A stretch of 64,000 bases of DNA from Eledone cirrhosa (lineage: Eukaryota), in contig OZ024741.1 in the NCBI GenBank assembly GCA_964016885.1, forward strand, positions 231,508,001 through 231,572,000, in the 5' to 3' direction. Position numbers and translations under genes: made by a program. The notes beneath the pieces were generated by a model. The model made no database searches. It was not told the origin of the DNA and saw only the letters and a list, made by a program, of their open reading frames with translations. Position 1 is the first letter of the stretch. Every line of letters begins with the position of its first letter. Positions 29,434 to 41,356 of the stretch are shown piece by piece.

Positions 29434-29471
<38 letters not shown>

Positions 29472-29474
29472 CAT

Positions 29475-29577
<103 letters not shown>

Positions 29578-29690
29578 GTTAGAATATGTGTAATAAGGCC
29601 AAGACAATGCAGATATGGACATAGAAAAAAGAATGCAATAGTGAGAGATATTGATGTGAATTCGTCTTTCACCTTGAATTTATTTAAATG

Positions 29691-29728
29691 TCCTTAATTT
29701 TCGAGATAATATCTCTTCTTCGGAGGGA
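29691..29728 (-). ncRNA. Minimal HHR in the Penelope pLTR (relatives at 33890-33927; degenerate at ~58671 and ~59293)
   Basis: cct-CCGAAGA-a-gagat(att)atctc-GAAA-a-TTA-agg. The 33.9-kb copy has CTGAAGA. Confidence 0.65.
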
Positions 29729-30122
29729 AGTAAAGGTCTCAGACCAGCGTCTTTAAATTTCTAATGAAGCCATGCTGACCGGAAATAGTATAGAGTATCT
29801 GTTCTAACTTTAATATCAAAGAATTAAAATTAGGTGGGTAAAGAGTAGTCTCCCTTTAAGAGGGGTTTGTTTATGTTTTGTTTTTGTTTTGTTGTGTTTT
29901 TTTAAATTTTATATGCGTGCCTGTATATGTGTGTGGGAGAAAGCATGAAGGTGTAGGTATGTGGGTGTGTGTGAGTGTGGGAAGATAGGTCTAATCGTAA
30001 AAGTGGGGGGTAGGTGTTATCTGGTGTTAGAACTGGTTTTGTGTGTGTATGTGTGAGAGAGAATAAGTGGAGGTGTACGCGTGCGTGTGTGTGGGGGGTG
30101 TAAAGTGGGGCTAGAGGCCCTA

Positions 30123-32705
30123 TCAGGTTATAAATTGGGTGTTGAGCTCAAGTCTATTATTGATTGGTGGATGTGTTCTATCTATAATGAGTGCTTCCTT
30201 GATTCTAAGATTGCCGAGGTTTCTTTCCTTAGTTTCTATCCTAACTGTTATGTTTTTATCAGTGTTTTTGCATTTAACTAGGTGTTTCTTAAATGAGGAA
30301 GCGTTAGTATTGAGGTGTTCTTTTATTCTTATGTAGAGTGGTCTGGTGGTGCTACCTACGTAGAAGTTGTTGCATTTGTCACACTCTAGTCTGTAAACTA
30401 CGTAAGCCTGGTGGCATAGGTCTGTGTCGTTGATGGGGCAGTTGGCTAGTCTGCAGCAGTTGTCATGTCTGGTGGAGTGTCTCTTAGCTAGCGGTCCGCG
30501 CAAAGAAGGACCCGAATGGGCCAGTTGAATATCCAGACCTTCTAGTCTGATGGCTCTGCGGATGGCTGTTGTTGTTTCTTCACTGAAGTGTGGGAGCTTC
30601 AGGAAGCAAGTGTTAGTGCCTCGGGTGTGGTGTCCTCTGTTCTTTCTGGCACGGTTTGTGGTGGATGTCGTGTATCCGTTCAGTTTGAGTACTTCCAGGA
30701 AATGTGTGGTGTGTGTGTCTCGGTCTCTGGCGTCGGTGCATTTGTTCTTGATACGTGCCAGTTCGTTCTTTATGTATCCGAACTTGGTACCGAGTGGGAG
30801 GGCCGATCTGAAATGTACGAACAGGTCCCTGTTGGCGGATTTTTTATAGAACCAGGTGTGGATGTTGCCTTCCTCTGTTACCCTGAGTTGGAAGTCCAGC
30901 AGGGATAGGGATCCGCGGTCATCGGGGTGTTCTATGCTGAACTTTATACTGGCGTCCATGCTGGAGAATGTTGTGTATATTTTCTCTGCCTTCTCACGGG
31001 ATGATGTAAGGATGAGTATGTCATCTACATATCGGGTGAAGAAGGCATGGGAATGGCAGGTGTTGAGGGCTCGGCATTCTAGCTGGTTCATGTAAGTGAT
31101 GGCCAGCAGGCCAGAGAGGCTGGATCCCATGGGTAATCCTGTTGTCTGTCTGTATGTGTGGTGGTGGAAGGTGAAGTACGTGTTGTCTACTGTGAAGGAC
31201 AAAAGTTGGTGTATGTCCGTCGGGTGGAGGCCGTAGCAGTGGATGTTCTCTGCGACCACGCAGTCCGTCAATAAATCGACAGCTGGGTGAGCGGGGACTG
31301 TAGTGTAGAGGGAGACAACGTCGAGGCTAAAAGCGTATTTATTAAGTTTAAGTTGTTCTGGCTGGAGTTGGTGTAATCTACGTATAACTTCGTCGGAGCT
31401 ACTGACATGTCCGGGGAAGGTGGAGAGTAGAGGCTTGAGGACCTGGGAGAGAAGCCAGGAAATTTTGTATAGTGGTCCTTCTATGCTAGAGACGATGGGT
31501 CTTATATGCGTCTTAGTGCTATTCTTGTGGGTCTTGATGAGGTGGTAGAAAGTGGGAAGTCTGCTATTTCTAGTGGTGTAGTTGAGTTTAATTTTATTCG
31601 GGAGTTGTCTTCTCCTACAGATATCGAACCAAATGGAGTTGGTCTGTTTTTCGATTTGGGCTGCGGTCATGTCCGGGATCACTGTGTACAGTTCACTGTC
31701 GCTTAGGTGTTCGAAGGCTAGGTTATTGTATGTGGCTTGAGAGATGACGCAGAACTCTTTACCTTTGTCGAATGGTAAGTAAATAAGTTCCTTATTCCGT
31801 AGGTTCTTCAGGGCGAGTTGTTGTGTCCTGGAGAGGTTAGGGGCCATCTTCTTCTGTTTCTGTAAGATGTTAAATACGGAATGTTTTAGTCTCGAGAGTT
31901 TTTCTTCCAGCTCGCGGTTGGCGGGCGGTGGATAGAGTGGGCGATCTAGTTGGTATATCGGGAATCTGGGTGTGGTGGATTCCGTGGTGTTGTTGTCGAG
32001 AGTCGATATCCATTTCAGTTGGTAGGCAGTCCGACAGAAATTCGTTTCTATGTCGAGCCATAGTCTGTCGTCCAGTCTCTGTTTCAATATGAACTTGGGA
32101 CCCAGGCTGAGGAGGTCTAATTCCTCTCGGGAGAGGGATCCTGTCAAGTCTGTGACGAGGTGTTTTGCGTCAGGTGTGTTGTTGGTCGGGGTGCCGCTAG
32201 GTTCGGTGTTGGTAACGTATTGTTCGCCTCTATTGGTGTTTAGCGTTGGGATGTTGTTAAGACAGTTGGCCGTCCTGAGCTTGAGAAATTTTTGTGTTAG
32301 GCGTATTTTCTCGTAGTCTCGGCGGTGGTGGTATGACCTGTCTATAGTGGCGGAGATAACCTTGGACAGAGGTTCTGGGGTTTCAGCGAGTTGTGGTACA
32401 AGGCTGGAGATAGTCCGTATGTGATGTTGTAGCGTGCGGTGTAGGTGTTGCATGAGTTTTCTTAGGCAGAATTTTTGTATGTAACTGAGTGATCGTTTGA
32501 GGCCTGGTGAATTGAAGCATGTTGGTAGGTGTAAATTTTTGATGGTTTTGGGAATGATGTTGTTATTCAGGCATCGTTTTAGGAAATTTATTTGGCAGCC
32601 GGCTTTGGCGCGCTTTTCAGATAGCTGGAAGAGTTTCTTTACAGTTGTGAACTGGGCCTGGCTCAGGCGTAATGAAAGGAGGAGGTTATAGTTCACTTGA
32701 AGCAT
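30123..32705 (-). CDS. PLE polyprotein: reverse transcriptase + GIY-YIG endonuclease (uninterrupted; probable ATG 32705)
   Basis: LLSLGPKF, FDKG, FYHLIKTHK..IRPIVS, SLDVVSLYTTVP, GLPMGSSLS, YVDD, VVYRLECDKC..YVGSTTRPLYIRIKEH, KEALII...IN. Confidence 0.93.
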   Translation of the reverse strand: MLQVNYNLLLSLRLSQAQFTTVKKLFQLSEKRAKAGCQINFLKRCLNNNIIPKTIKNLHLPTCFNSPGLKRSLSYIQKFCLRKLMQHLHRTLQHHIRTISSLVPQLAETPEPLSKVISATIDRSYHHRRDYEKIRLTQKFLKLRTANCLNNIPTLNTNRGEQYVTNTEPSGTPTNNTPDAKHLVTDLTGSLSREELDLLSLGPKFILKQRLDDRLWLDIETNFCRTAYQLKWISTLDNNTTESTTPRFPIYQLDRPLYPPPANRELEEKLSRLKHSVFNILQKQKKMAPNLSRTQQLALKNLRNKELIYLPFDKGKEFCVISQATYNNLAFEHLSDSELYTVIPDMTAAQIEKQTNSIWFDICRRRQLPNKIKLNYTTRNSRLPTFYHLIKTHKNSTKTHIRPIVSSIEGPLYKISWLLSQVLKPLLSTFPGHVSSSDEVIRRLHQLQPEQLKLNKYAFSLDVVSLYTTVPAHPAVDLLTDCVVAENIHCYGLHPTDIHQLLSFTVDNTYFTFHHHTYRQTTGLPMGSSLSGLLAITYMNQLECRALNTCHSHAFFTRYVDDILILTSSREKAEKIYTTFSSMDASIKFSIEHPDDRGSLSLLDFQLRVTEEGNIHTWFYKKSANRDLFVHFRSALPLGTKFGYIKNELARIKNKCTDARDRDTHTTHFLEVLKLNGYTTSTTNRARKNRGHHTRGTNTCFLKLPHFSEETTTAIRRAIRLEGLDIQLAHSGPSLRGPLAKRHSTRHDNCCRLANCPINDTDLCHQAYVVYRLECDKCNNFYVGSTTRPLYIRIKEHLNTNASSFKKHLVKCKNTDKNITVRIETKERNLGNLRIKEALIIDRTHPPINNRLELNTQFIT

Positions 32706-33049
32706 TGTGTAATGAGGTATAAACGTTAGAATATGTGTAATAAGGCCAAGACAATGCAGATATGGACATAGAAAAAAGAATGCAATAGTGAGAGATATTG
32801 ATGTGAATTCGTCTTTCACCTTGAATTTATTTCAATGTCCTTAATTTTCGAGATATTATCTCGAAAATTAAGGACATTTAAATAAATTCAAGGTGAAAGA
32901 CGAATTCACATCAATATCTCTCACTATTGCATTCTTTTTTCTATGTCCATATCTGCATTGTCTTGGCCTTATTACACATATTCTAACGTTTATACCTCAT
33001 TACACAATGCTTCAAGTGAACTATAACCTACTCCTTATATATATATATG

Positions 33050-33244
33050 TATAGGAACAAGTAAGACCCCGACGGCTGAGCTCAAGCCGTTTCGACGGCT
33101 AATTCTGTACAGAATTAGCCGTCGAAATGGCTTGAGCTCAGCCGTCGGGGTCTTACTTGTTCCTATTACCAAATCTACTACCCTAAGTATTGAGTACTTT
33201 GGTGCGTTATAGTCCACCTGGTTCCTTACCACATTTCTTCGTTA
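33050..33244 (+). mobile_element. Fold-back pLTR-like remnant, near-perfect ~115-bp palindrome
   Basis: Centre gt|ac at 33108/9. Same family as 23369. Confidence 0.8.
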
Positions 33245-33290
33245 TATATATGTATATATATATATGTGTATATATATATATATATATATA

Positions 33291-33413
<123 letters not shown>

Positions 33414-33422
33414 CATTATATA

Positions 33423-33535
<113 letters not shown>

Positions 33536-33537
33536 TA

Positions 33538-33693
<156 letters not shown>

Positions 33694-33694
33694 C

Positions 33695-33771
<77 letters not shown>

Positions 33772-33773
<2 letters not shown>

Positions 33774-34270
33774 AACCTTTGTATATGTATAATAAAGCCA
33801 AAACAATGCAGGCATGGACATAGAATAAAGAATGCAAATGGAAAAGATATTGTTGACAATTAGTCTTTTACCTTAGATTTATTTAAATGTCCTAAATTTT
33901 CGAGCTAATATCTCTTCTTCAGAGGGAATAAAGTTGTCAAACCAGTGTTCTAAATAGCTTGCCAATTCATGCTGACAGGAAATGGTATAGAGTATCTCTT
34001 CTATCTCTAATTTCAAAGAGTTAAGTTTAGGTGGATAAAGAGTAGTCTCCCTTTAAGAGGGGTTTTTTTTTCTTGTTTTTTTTTTGGTATTTTTGTACAT
34101 CCCTGTTTAAGTGTGTGGGAGAATGCATGAAGGTGTAGGTATGCGAGTGTGTGTGTGTGTGTGAGTTTGAACAGATATGTCTATACGTAAATGTGGGGGA
34201 TAGATGTTATCTCGTGTTAGAACAGGTTTAGTGTGTGTATGTGTGAGGGAGGATTAGTGGAGCTGTAAGC

Positions 34271-34301
<31 letters not shown>

Positions 34302-35367
34302 TGTGTATGTGTGCGTGCGTGTGTGCGTGTGTGTGTGGGGTGTGTGTGTAAATATGGGGCTAGGAGCTCTATCAAGTTATAAATTGGGTGTTGAGTTCTA
34401 GTCTATTATTAATTGGTGGTTGTGTTTTGTCTATAATTAGTGCTTCCTTAATTCTAAGATTGCCGAGGTTTCTTTCCTTAGTTTCTATCCTAACTGTTAT
34501 GGTTTTATCGGTGTTTTTACATTTAACTAGGTGTTTCTTAACTGAGGAAGCGTTAGTATTGAGGTGTTCTTTTATTCTTATGTGGAGTGGTCTGGTGGTG
34601 CTACCTACGTAGAAATTGTTGCATTTGTCACACTCTAGTCTGTATACGACGTAAGCCAGGTGGCATAGGTCTGTGTCGTTGATGGGGCAGTTGGCTAGTC
34701 TGCAACAGTTGTCATATCTGGTAGAGTATCTTTTGGTTAGCTGACCGCGTAGAGAAGGACCTGAGTGGGCCAGTTGAATATCTAGTCCCTCTCGTCTGAT
34801 AGGTCTGCGGATGGCTGTTGTTGTTTCTTCACTGAAGTGTGGGTGCTTCAGGAAGCAAGTGTTAGTGCCTCGGGTGTGGTGTCCTCTGTTCTTTCTGGCA
34901 CGGTTTGTGGTGGATGTCGTGTATCCGTTCAGTTTGAGTACTTCCAGGAAATGTGTGGTGTGTGTGTCTCGGTCTCTAGCGTCGGTGCTTTTGTTCCGGA
35001 TACGTGCCAGTTCGTTCCCTCTGTATCCGAACTTGGCACCGAGTGGGAGGGCCGATCTGAAATGTACGAACAGGTCCCTGCTGGCGGCTTTTTTATAGAA
35101 GCAGGTGTGGATGTTGCCTTCCTCTGTTACCCTGAGTTGGAGTCCAGTAGGGATAGGGATCCGCGGTCATCGAGGTGTTCCATGCTGACATTTATACTGG
35201 CGTCCATGCTGGAGAATGTTGTGTATATTTTATATAAAATATACACAACATTCTCCAGCATGGACGCCAGTATAAAGTTCAGCATGGAACACCCCGATGA
35301 CCGCGGATCCCTATCGCTACTGGACTCCAACTCAGGGTAACAGAGGAAGGCAACATCCACACCCGCT
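33772..35367 (-). mobile_element. 5'-truncated relative of the 29.6-33.0 kb Penelope with a terminal fold-back inversion
   Basis: High similarity to 29572-30985. 35234-35367 is the reverse complement of 35100-35233 (centre gtgtatattttat|ataaaatatacac). Confidence 0.9.
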
Positions 35368-35378
35368 TCTCTCTCTCT

Positions 35379-35487
<109 letters not shown>

Positions 35488-35676
35488 TATATATATATAT
35501 ATAAATAAATAAATAAATAAACAAACAAATATAAATAGAAAAATAGAAAAATGAACACAAACACACACAGACACCCGGATGTGGCGCATGCGCAAACTGA
35601 GCACGCAACCCACACACAAACAAAATGGCGTAGGATAGAAGAAAGGAAAGGCACAGAAACGAAGAAAGAAATCCCC

Positions 35677-35721
35677 AGTCACTGAAGAGGTCACAGAGTG
35701 TGTGACGAAAGAACTATGACT
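35677..35721 (+). ncRNA. Minimal type I HHR in pLTR (identical copy 39959-40003; diverged copy 62752-62795, minus strand)
   Basis: agtca-CTGAAGA-g-gtcaca(gagtg)tgtgac-GAAAG-aa-CTA-tgact. Confidence 0.8.
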
Positions 35722-35854
35722 ATATATATATAAACAACTATCTGGTTGTGGAACCAACCAACCAACCAGAAATTTATAAATTTGTAAATTTATAAATATA
35801 TATTAAATTAAATTGAAGTGAAAGCAACTGGTGCGTGTGTTTCTTATTGGCAAC

Positions 35855-38800
35855 ATGACCCTCCCAAAGTATAACAATATCGGTTTCAACACACGATTTC
35901 AGATAAAGAATCTTGCTAAACAAATTCAGAAACGAAATATCGTAAGCCTTAGCCAGGCTAACAAGATACTGAAAACCACCATGTTCTGTTGTCTACGAAA
36001 AACCATAACATCTCGACAACTACACTTCATAAAACTGTGCACCACTTCTAGAATCTACACCAACACCATCAATACCGACGTTAGAAGATTACAACTCACC
36101 AAAAAACAAGCAGATAGGCTAAAACGAACTTTAATTCTAAACATAAAAAAGAAGATCTATAGAGAATTAAGTCATCAAGAAAAACTAAAGCGTAACCTAA
36201 TAGATGAAATATCTAAAATCACCACACCAGCAGAAAAACTAACATTTATAAGCCTTATACGCCCCGAAGAACAGTACATTACTCAAGAATGTAATAAGCA
36301 CTTTAACAGAAAATTAAAGTGGCTTAAACAGGCAAAGCTAAATCGGGATACTATAGAGTATACCAATAGATATCCCGACAAAATTGACGGTATCAACATG
36401 GCCGACACCTCATTATCTGAAGAGTTCAACAATGAAAATACCAACATTTATGGAAACACGAAAATAGATAATAATGAAATGTCTGTGTTACGTCTGCCAC
36501 CCAAATTTGCGACATTCAAGAAGGTAAATATGATTAGTTGTCTGTCAGAAATAGAAAAATCATTTACGAAACTACGCTGGAGCATCAAAAACAAAAACAA
36601 AAGCAACAATATACGCACACACATATACAACACACATCCCAACAACAACAGACACACAGACACAAACAACAATAACAACAACAATAGCAACATACCCAGA
36701 TACAACACCAACAATAGCAACATACCCAGATACAACAGACACGCAGACACAAACAACAATAACAACACACACGGAGACAACAATAACAACAACACACACA
36801 TCAACAACAACAACAACAGCAACATACCCAGATACAACAACAACAGACACGCAAACACAAACAACAATAACAACACACACAACAACGATAACACACACAC
36901 ACACGGAGACAACAACACACATCAACAACAACACACATCAACAACAACAACACACACACATTCAATGCCTCTCACCACCACTACAATCTTAACAAACACA
37001 CAGACACAGAAAACAAGTAATGACAGTAGCACAGAAATCAGAGAAATAAGAGAAAGTAATAGGATTAAAAGGAGTAGGGAGACTAAGGACAAAGAGAATA
37101 ACCAAGACGAACACACAGACACACAAAATAGGGTAGATAACAACATTGAGCCAGTGGAAAGAGACAGGAGTAATTATGAGAGACATAGAAACAACCATGA
37201 AGCTGAGGCTGCTGCTGTTGGTGGAAATAGAAACAACACAACTAACAATAGCACTAGTACACATAAAGCTGCAGCCTGGAACTCTCCGTTTTATAACCCC
37301 TCCGATAAATCATTCGACCTACGACGAGTCCACGGCACGACTTTGCCATTTAACAAACGCACGCAGTTGCCGTCGCAGGTCGATGAACAAACAGAAGCAC
37401 AATTTAGTATAGCTAAATCCGAACTTAGAAATATTATAGAACAGTATAGCAAGAAGCATAATAGAATAGAGGCCCAGCAACTGGGAGAAGAATCTTCAAA
37501 TGGCTTGCGTAAGCTCATGCAGCGCTCGCGTAATGGAGAGATAGCATGCTTTCCAACAGACAAGTCTGGCAGAATGTCAGTTGACAGCCTGCCAAACTAC
37601 ATCCAGGCAATGCAACCCCACATCACTAACACAAGAGAGCTAACACCACAGGAGCATGAGGATAGAGAAAAAACCCTCAATGCCCATATGGTGATGTGGA
37701 CAAATATAATGCAGCCCAACAAAAGGACTGCCAACAACTTCCAGGCCTGGAACAATGACGTGCCGGCGTTGTATGGGCTTCGAAAAGACCATAAAACGGG
37801 TTGGGACCCTGTCGCGGGACCACCAAGACGGCCAGTCTGTGGGGCTAACATTGCTAGTAACTACAGACTGTCCTACTTCCTCTCCCTGATCATACGCCCC
37901 ATCATTGAGATGTCCCCAGATGTGTGTGACAGCACGGAGGACCTCCTCAGCAGAATCGGCGCGGGTAACCGATCTGGGGACCTAACAAACTGCATAATAG
38001 GCAGTATGGATGTTGTGTCCCTGTACCCATCTATTGACGTGGATTTTGCTGTGGAGAAATGCGTCGAAATGATCAGCGAGAGCAAGGTTGAGTTCCGTGG
38101 GATTGATACCAGTGAGCTGGGACTTCTACTTAAGCTTACCCATAGTAATAGTTACCTAGACACTTATGACCTTAGCAACCTGTGCCCTACAAGACCAGCA
38201 AGAGGCAGACCACCTACCATTACCTCAATGGCCAAGAAAACCCACACAGATAGATGGAACGGGTGGACCAGAGCCATACGGACACCCGAAAACCACGATG
38301 AACTGAAGAAAATGATTGCACATGCGGTAGGGGCCAGCATAAAATTAACCCTTAAGGAACATATGTTCAAATTTAATGGTAAAACATATGCCCAAGAGGA
38401 AGGAGCAGCCATTGGTGTCAGCATTGCAGGCGACATAGCTAACTTGTTCATGGTATGGTGGGACAGTAGACTTAAACAAAAACTTAAAGAACAATTAGAA
38501 GACAGCTTAACCCTGATAATGTACTCCCGCTACGTAGATGATATAAACATCGTAGTTAAGACACCCCCACTAAAGAACAGTCAGGAACCAGAGAAAAACA
38601 CAATGGAAAGCATCCAGCAAATAGCAAACTCCATCCACCAGAGCATTAAAGTTACTATAGACTACCCAAGTAGACACCCCAACCATCGATTACCTGTACT
38701 AGACACAGAGCTCTGGTTAGATACTATTAACTACCAAAAACAAATCCTCCATTCCCATTATGCCAAACCCATGACTTCCAAACATCTGATCCACCGAAAC

Positions 38801-39661
38801 TCGGCCATTTCGGACCATACCAAAATCAACATACTGATTGCGGATTTGATACGGGTGATGAGAAATGTGTCCCGCATGTGCAACCCCGAAGAACTAGAGA
38901 GACACATACAACACTTCATCCACCGTATGCAGTTCTCTGGCTACAATCAGAGAGATAGAATCAGAGTGTATAAAGGAGCCAGAACCAAATGGGAAAAAAT
39001 GGTAAATAATGACATAAATGGGACCTGCCCCTTGTATAGGAGCAAATTTTGGAATAGAATAGAAAGAACTAAGAACAAGGCCAATAGAATAAACTCATGG
39101 TATGATAGCAATAAATACCAGAGTGTAATGTTCATCAATACAACCCCTAGAGGCGAACTAGCCTACAAATTTAGAAGGGCCCTAAAGAAACATAATCTCA
39201 ATATTAAGATAGTAGAAAGACCTGGTACCTCCGTAAAAACACTTATTAGCAAGACATACCCGTTCCAAAGACCCTCATGTATAGATAAGAAATGTATAAC
39301 CTGTAAAATAAGCCCCCATATTAACTGTAAAACTAGAAATGTAGTATATAGCATAAGATGTACTGAAGGACAATGTAGAAACAAAAATATAGTGTACATA
39401 GGTGAGACAGCTCGTAGTATAGGGGAACGAATAAATGAACACTGGCGAGACCTCCAAGATAGTAAAGAATCATCTGTGCTCTACCAACATGCTAAGATAG
39501 AACACAGGGGTAAATTAGAGAGCATAGAAATAAAAATAGAATCCACACACAAGAAAGACGCAATGTTTAGGCAAATTACAGAGGCAGTAAGCATAAAAGA
39601 ATTAAAACCAAAATTAAATAGAAAATATGAGTGGAACAGCAACATCACAACTTACAATTAA
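35855..39661 (+). CDS. PLE polyprotein RT + GIY-YIG (~1270 aa, uninterrupted)
   Basis: VLRLPPKFA, TDKSG, LYGLRKDHK..RRPVCGA, SMDVVSLYPSI, GAAIG, YVDD, VVYSIRC..YIGETARSIGERINEH, RQITEA..LNRKYEW. First ATG at 35855. Confidence 0.93.
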   Translation: MTLPKYNNIGFNTRFQIKNLAKQIQKRNIVSLSQANKILKTTMFCCLRKTITSRQLHFIKLCTTSRIYTNTINTDVRRLQLTKKQADRLKRTLILNIKKKIYRELSHQEKLKRNLIDEISKITTPAEKLTFISLIRPEEQYITQECNKHFNRKLKWLKQAKLNRDTIEYTNRYPDKIDGINMADTSLSEEFNNENTNIYGNTKIDNNEMSVLRLPPKFATFKKVNMISCLSEIEKSFTKLRWSIKNKNKSNNIRTHIYNTHPNNNRHTDTNNNNNNNSNIPRYNTNNSNIPRYNRHADTNNNNNTHGDNNNNNTHINNNNNSNIPRYNNNRHANTNNNNNTHNNDNTHTHGDNNTHQQQHTSTTTTHTHSMPLTTTTILTNTQTQKTSNDSSTEIREIRESNRIKRSRETKDKENNQDEHTDTQNRVDNNIEPVERDRSNYERHRNNHEAEAAAVGGNRNNTTNNSTSTHKAAAWNSPFYNPSDKSFDLRRVHGTTLPFNKRTQLPSQVDEQTEAQFSIAKSELRNIIEQYSKKHNRIEAQQLGEESSNGLRKLMQRSRNGEIACFPTDKSGRMSVDSLPNYIQAMQPHITNTRELTPQEHEDREKTLNAHMVMWTNIMQPNKRTANNFQAWNNDVPALYGLRKDHKTGWDPVAGPPRRPVCGANIASNYRLSYFLSLIIRPIIEMSPDVCDSTEDLLSRIGAGNRSGDLTNCIIGSMDVVSLYPSIDVDFAVEKCVEMISESKVEFRGIDTSELGLLLKLTHSNSYLDTYDLSNLCPTRPARGRPPTITSMAKKTHTDRWNGWTRAIRTPENHDELKKMIAHAVGASIKLTLKEHMFKFNGKTYAQEEGAAIGVSIAGDIANLFMVWWDSRLKQKLKEQLEDSLTLIMYSRYVDDINIVVKTPPLKNSQEPEKNTMESIQQIANSIHQSIKVTIDYPSRHPNHRLPVLDTELWLDTINYQKQILHSHYAKPMTSKHLIHRNSAISDHTKINILIADLIRVMRNVSRMCNPEELERHIQHFIHRMQFSGYNQRDRIRVYKGARTKWEKMVNNDINGTCPLYRSKFWNRIERTKNKANRINSWYDSNKYQSVMFINTTPRGELAYKFRRALKKHNLNIKIVERPGTSVKTLISKTYPFQRPSCIDKKCITCKISPHINCKTRNVVYSIRCTEGQCRNKNIVYIGETARSIGERINEHWRDLQDSKESSVLYQHAKIEHRGKLESIEIKIESTHKKDAMFRQITEAVSIKELKPKLNRKYEWNSNITTYN

Positions 39662-41356
39662 GGACAAAATGAAAACACACACACACATAGAACAAACAAC
39701 TTACAATTGAAAACACACACAAAATGAAAACACACACAAGACAAAATGAAAACACACACACACATAGAACAAACAACCAACCAACAATAAATAAATAAAT
39801 AAACAAACAAATATAAATAGAAAAATAGAAAAATGAACACAAACACACACAGACACCCGGATGTGGCGCATGCGCAAACTGAGCACGCAACCCACACACA
39901 AACAAAATGGCGTAGGATAGAAGAAAGGAAAGGCACAGAAACGAAGAAAGAAATCCCCAGTCACTGAAGAGGTCACAGAGTGTGTGACGAAAGAACTATG
40001 ACTATATATATATAAACAACTATCTGGTTGTGGAACCAACCAACCAACCAGATAAATTTGACATATCTTAGAGTTTACAACTTCCATTTAAAAAGTTGTT
40101 ACGGTAGTGAAAATGTTAAGGACGGTTAGAAAGAAAGACGGAGAAAAAAAAGGAAAAAAGGAAAAAGAAAAAGAAGGAGAAAAGAAAAAGAAAGAGCGGA
40201 AGGTGAAGAAGATGAAGAAATGTATGTAAAGGGAAAACCACCATCTATGAGGGAAGGGTGTACTGTAATTATTCATTTGTTTATTTATTTATTTAGTGTT
40301 AAGGATATGGGGAGAAATAAAAACAAAAATAAATAAGGAGAGGTAGATCGAGTAATATCTATTATACGAGGTGGGAGAGATAGGGGAGGGGTGATATACA
40401 GGTGATGGAGTTAAAACAGCCGATATAAGAGTAGAGGTAGGAGGAGAGGAGATATACTTAGAAACAAAAATGATAGTTTTAAAATATTATGTTTCATCAG
40501 TCTATCAATTCCTATGAATTATAATGTAAACATCAATATTCATGAATGAGACACATATCAATAATGTGTGAAAAAATAGTGACTCTATGTTTATCTTAAA
40601 AATTCATAGGTTTATAATCAAAATCTGAGACAAAATCTCAAAAAATACTGGAATACATAGGTATATATGTATTTTCATGAAAAAAGAGAAAAGAGAAAGA
40701 AAAAGCGAACGTTATCTCAAACTGACATTATAGACACACATGTGAGCTTACATGATCAGCTCTGTAAATTTTTATTTCACATGGAAATCCTCATTGCGTT
40801 AAAAAGATTTTACCATACACATAAGTGTACATACATATATATATACGTAAAATATACATTATTAATAATAATAATATTCTTGCCCTTTCTTACATGATTA
40901 TCGTACAAGCATAGAATAGAACAGATATCAATACATTAAAATATTAAAAACGCCAAGAATATTTTTCTCCCCAGAATATCTAGGGCCGTAATAAAAACAC
41001 AGTGTGCCCAGCATATCAATCAATCCCTCCAATTTATTTGACAATATTGCCAAGTTTATTAGAAGCAATCAGAGTCAAAAGCAAACAAAACCAAAATTAT
41101 TCACCAAACCTACTTAGCAGAAATCATTCAAAAAAAACTTTAGGATACTCGGTTGTTCTACAGATGCTCTTATATTTATTCTAGAAGTTTATCTAGCTTA
41201 AAAATTTTATTCAATGTATTTGGATCATCACCGTTTTAAGGTAGTTTAAGTACATTATTAATTATATATTAATGAAGAAGGTTTAAAGAATTGAAGGAAT
41301 CGAAAGATTTATCGCCAAGTTTTCTAAAATAATTAAAAGTCTTAAGTAAATATATT

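Larger units (their letters stand above)
35500..40052 (+). mobile_element. Apparently intact EN+ PLE with direct pLTRs (about 35500-35770 and 39785-40052); clade uncertain, possibly Nematis-like
   Basis: Near-identical ~270-bp direct repeats flank a single long ORF. One HHR in each pLTR. Confidence 0.9.

Noticed and set aside
40470-40510. Isolated CTGATGA hits (minus ~40494, plus ~29359, minus ~58300) as hammerheads
   Set aside because: No stem II plus GAAAC plus matching stem I could be assembled.
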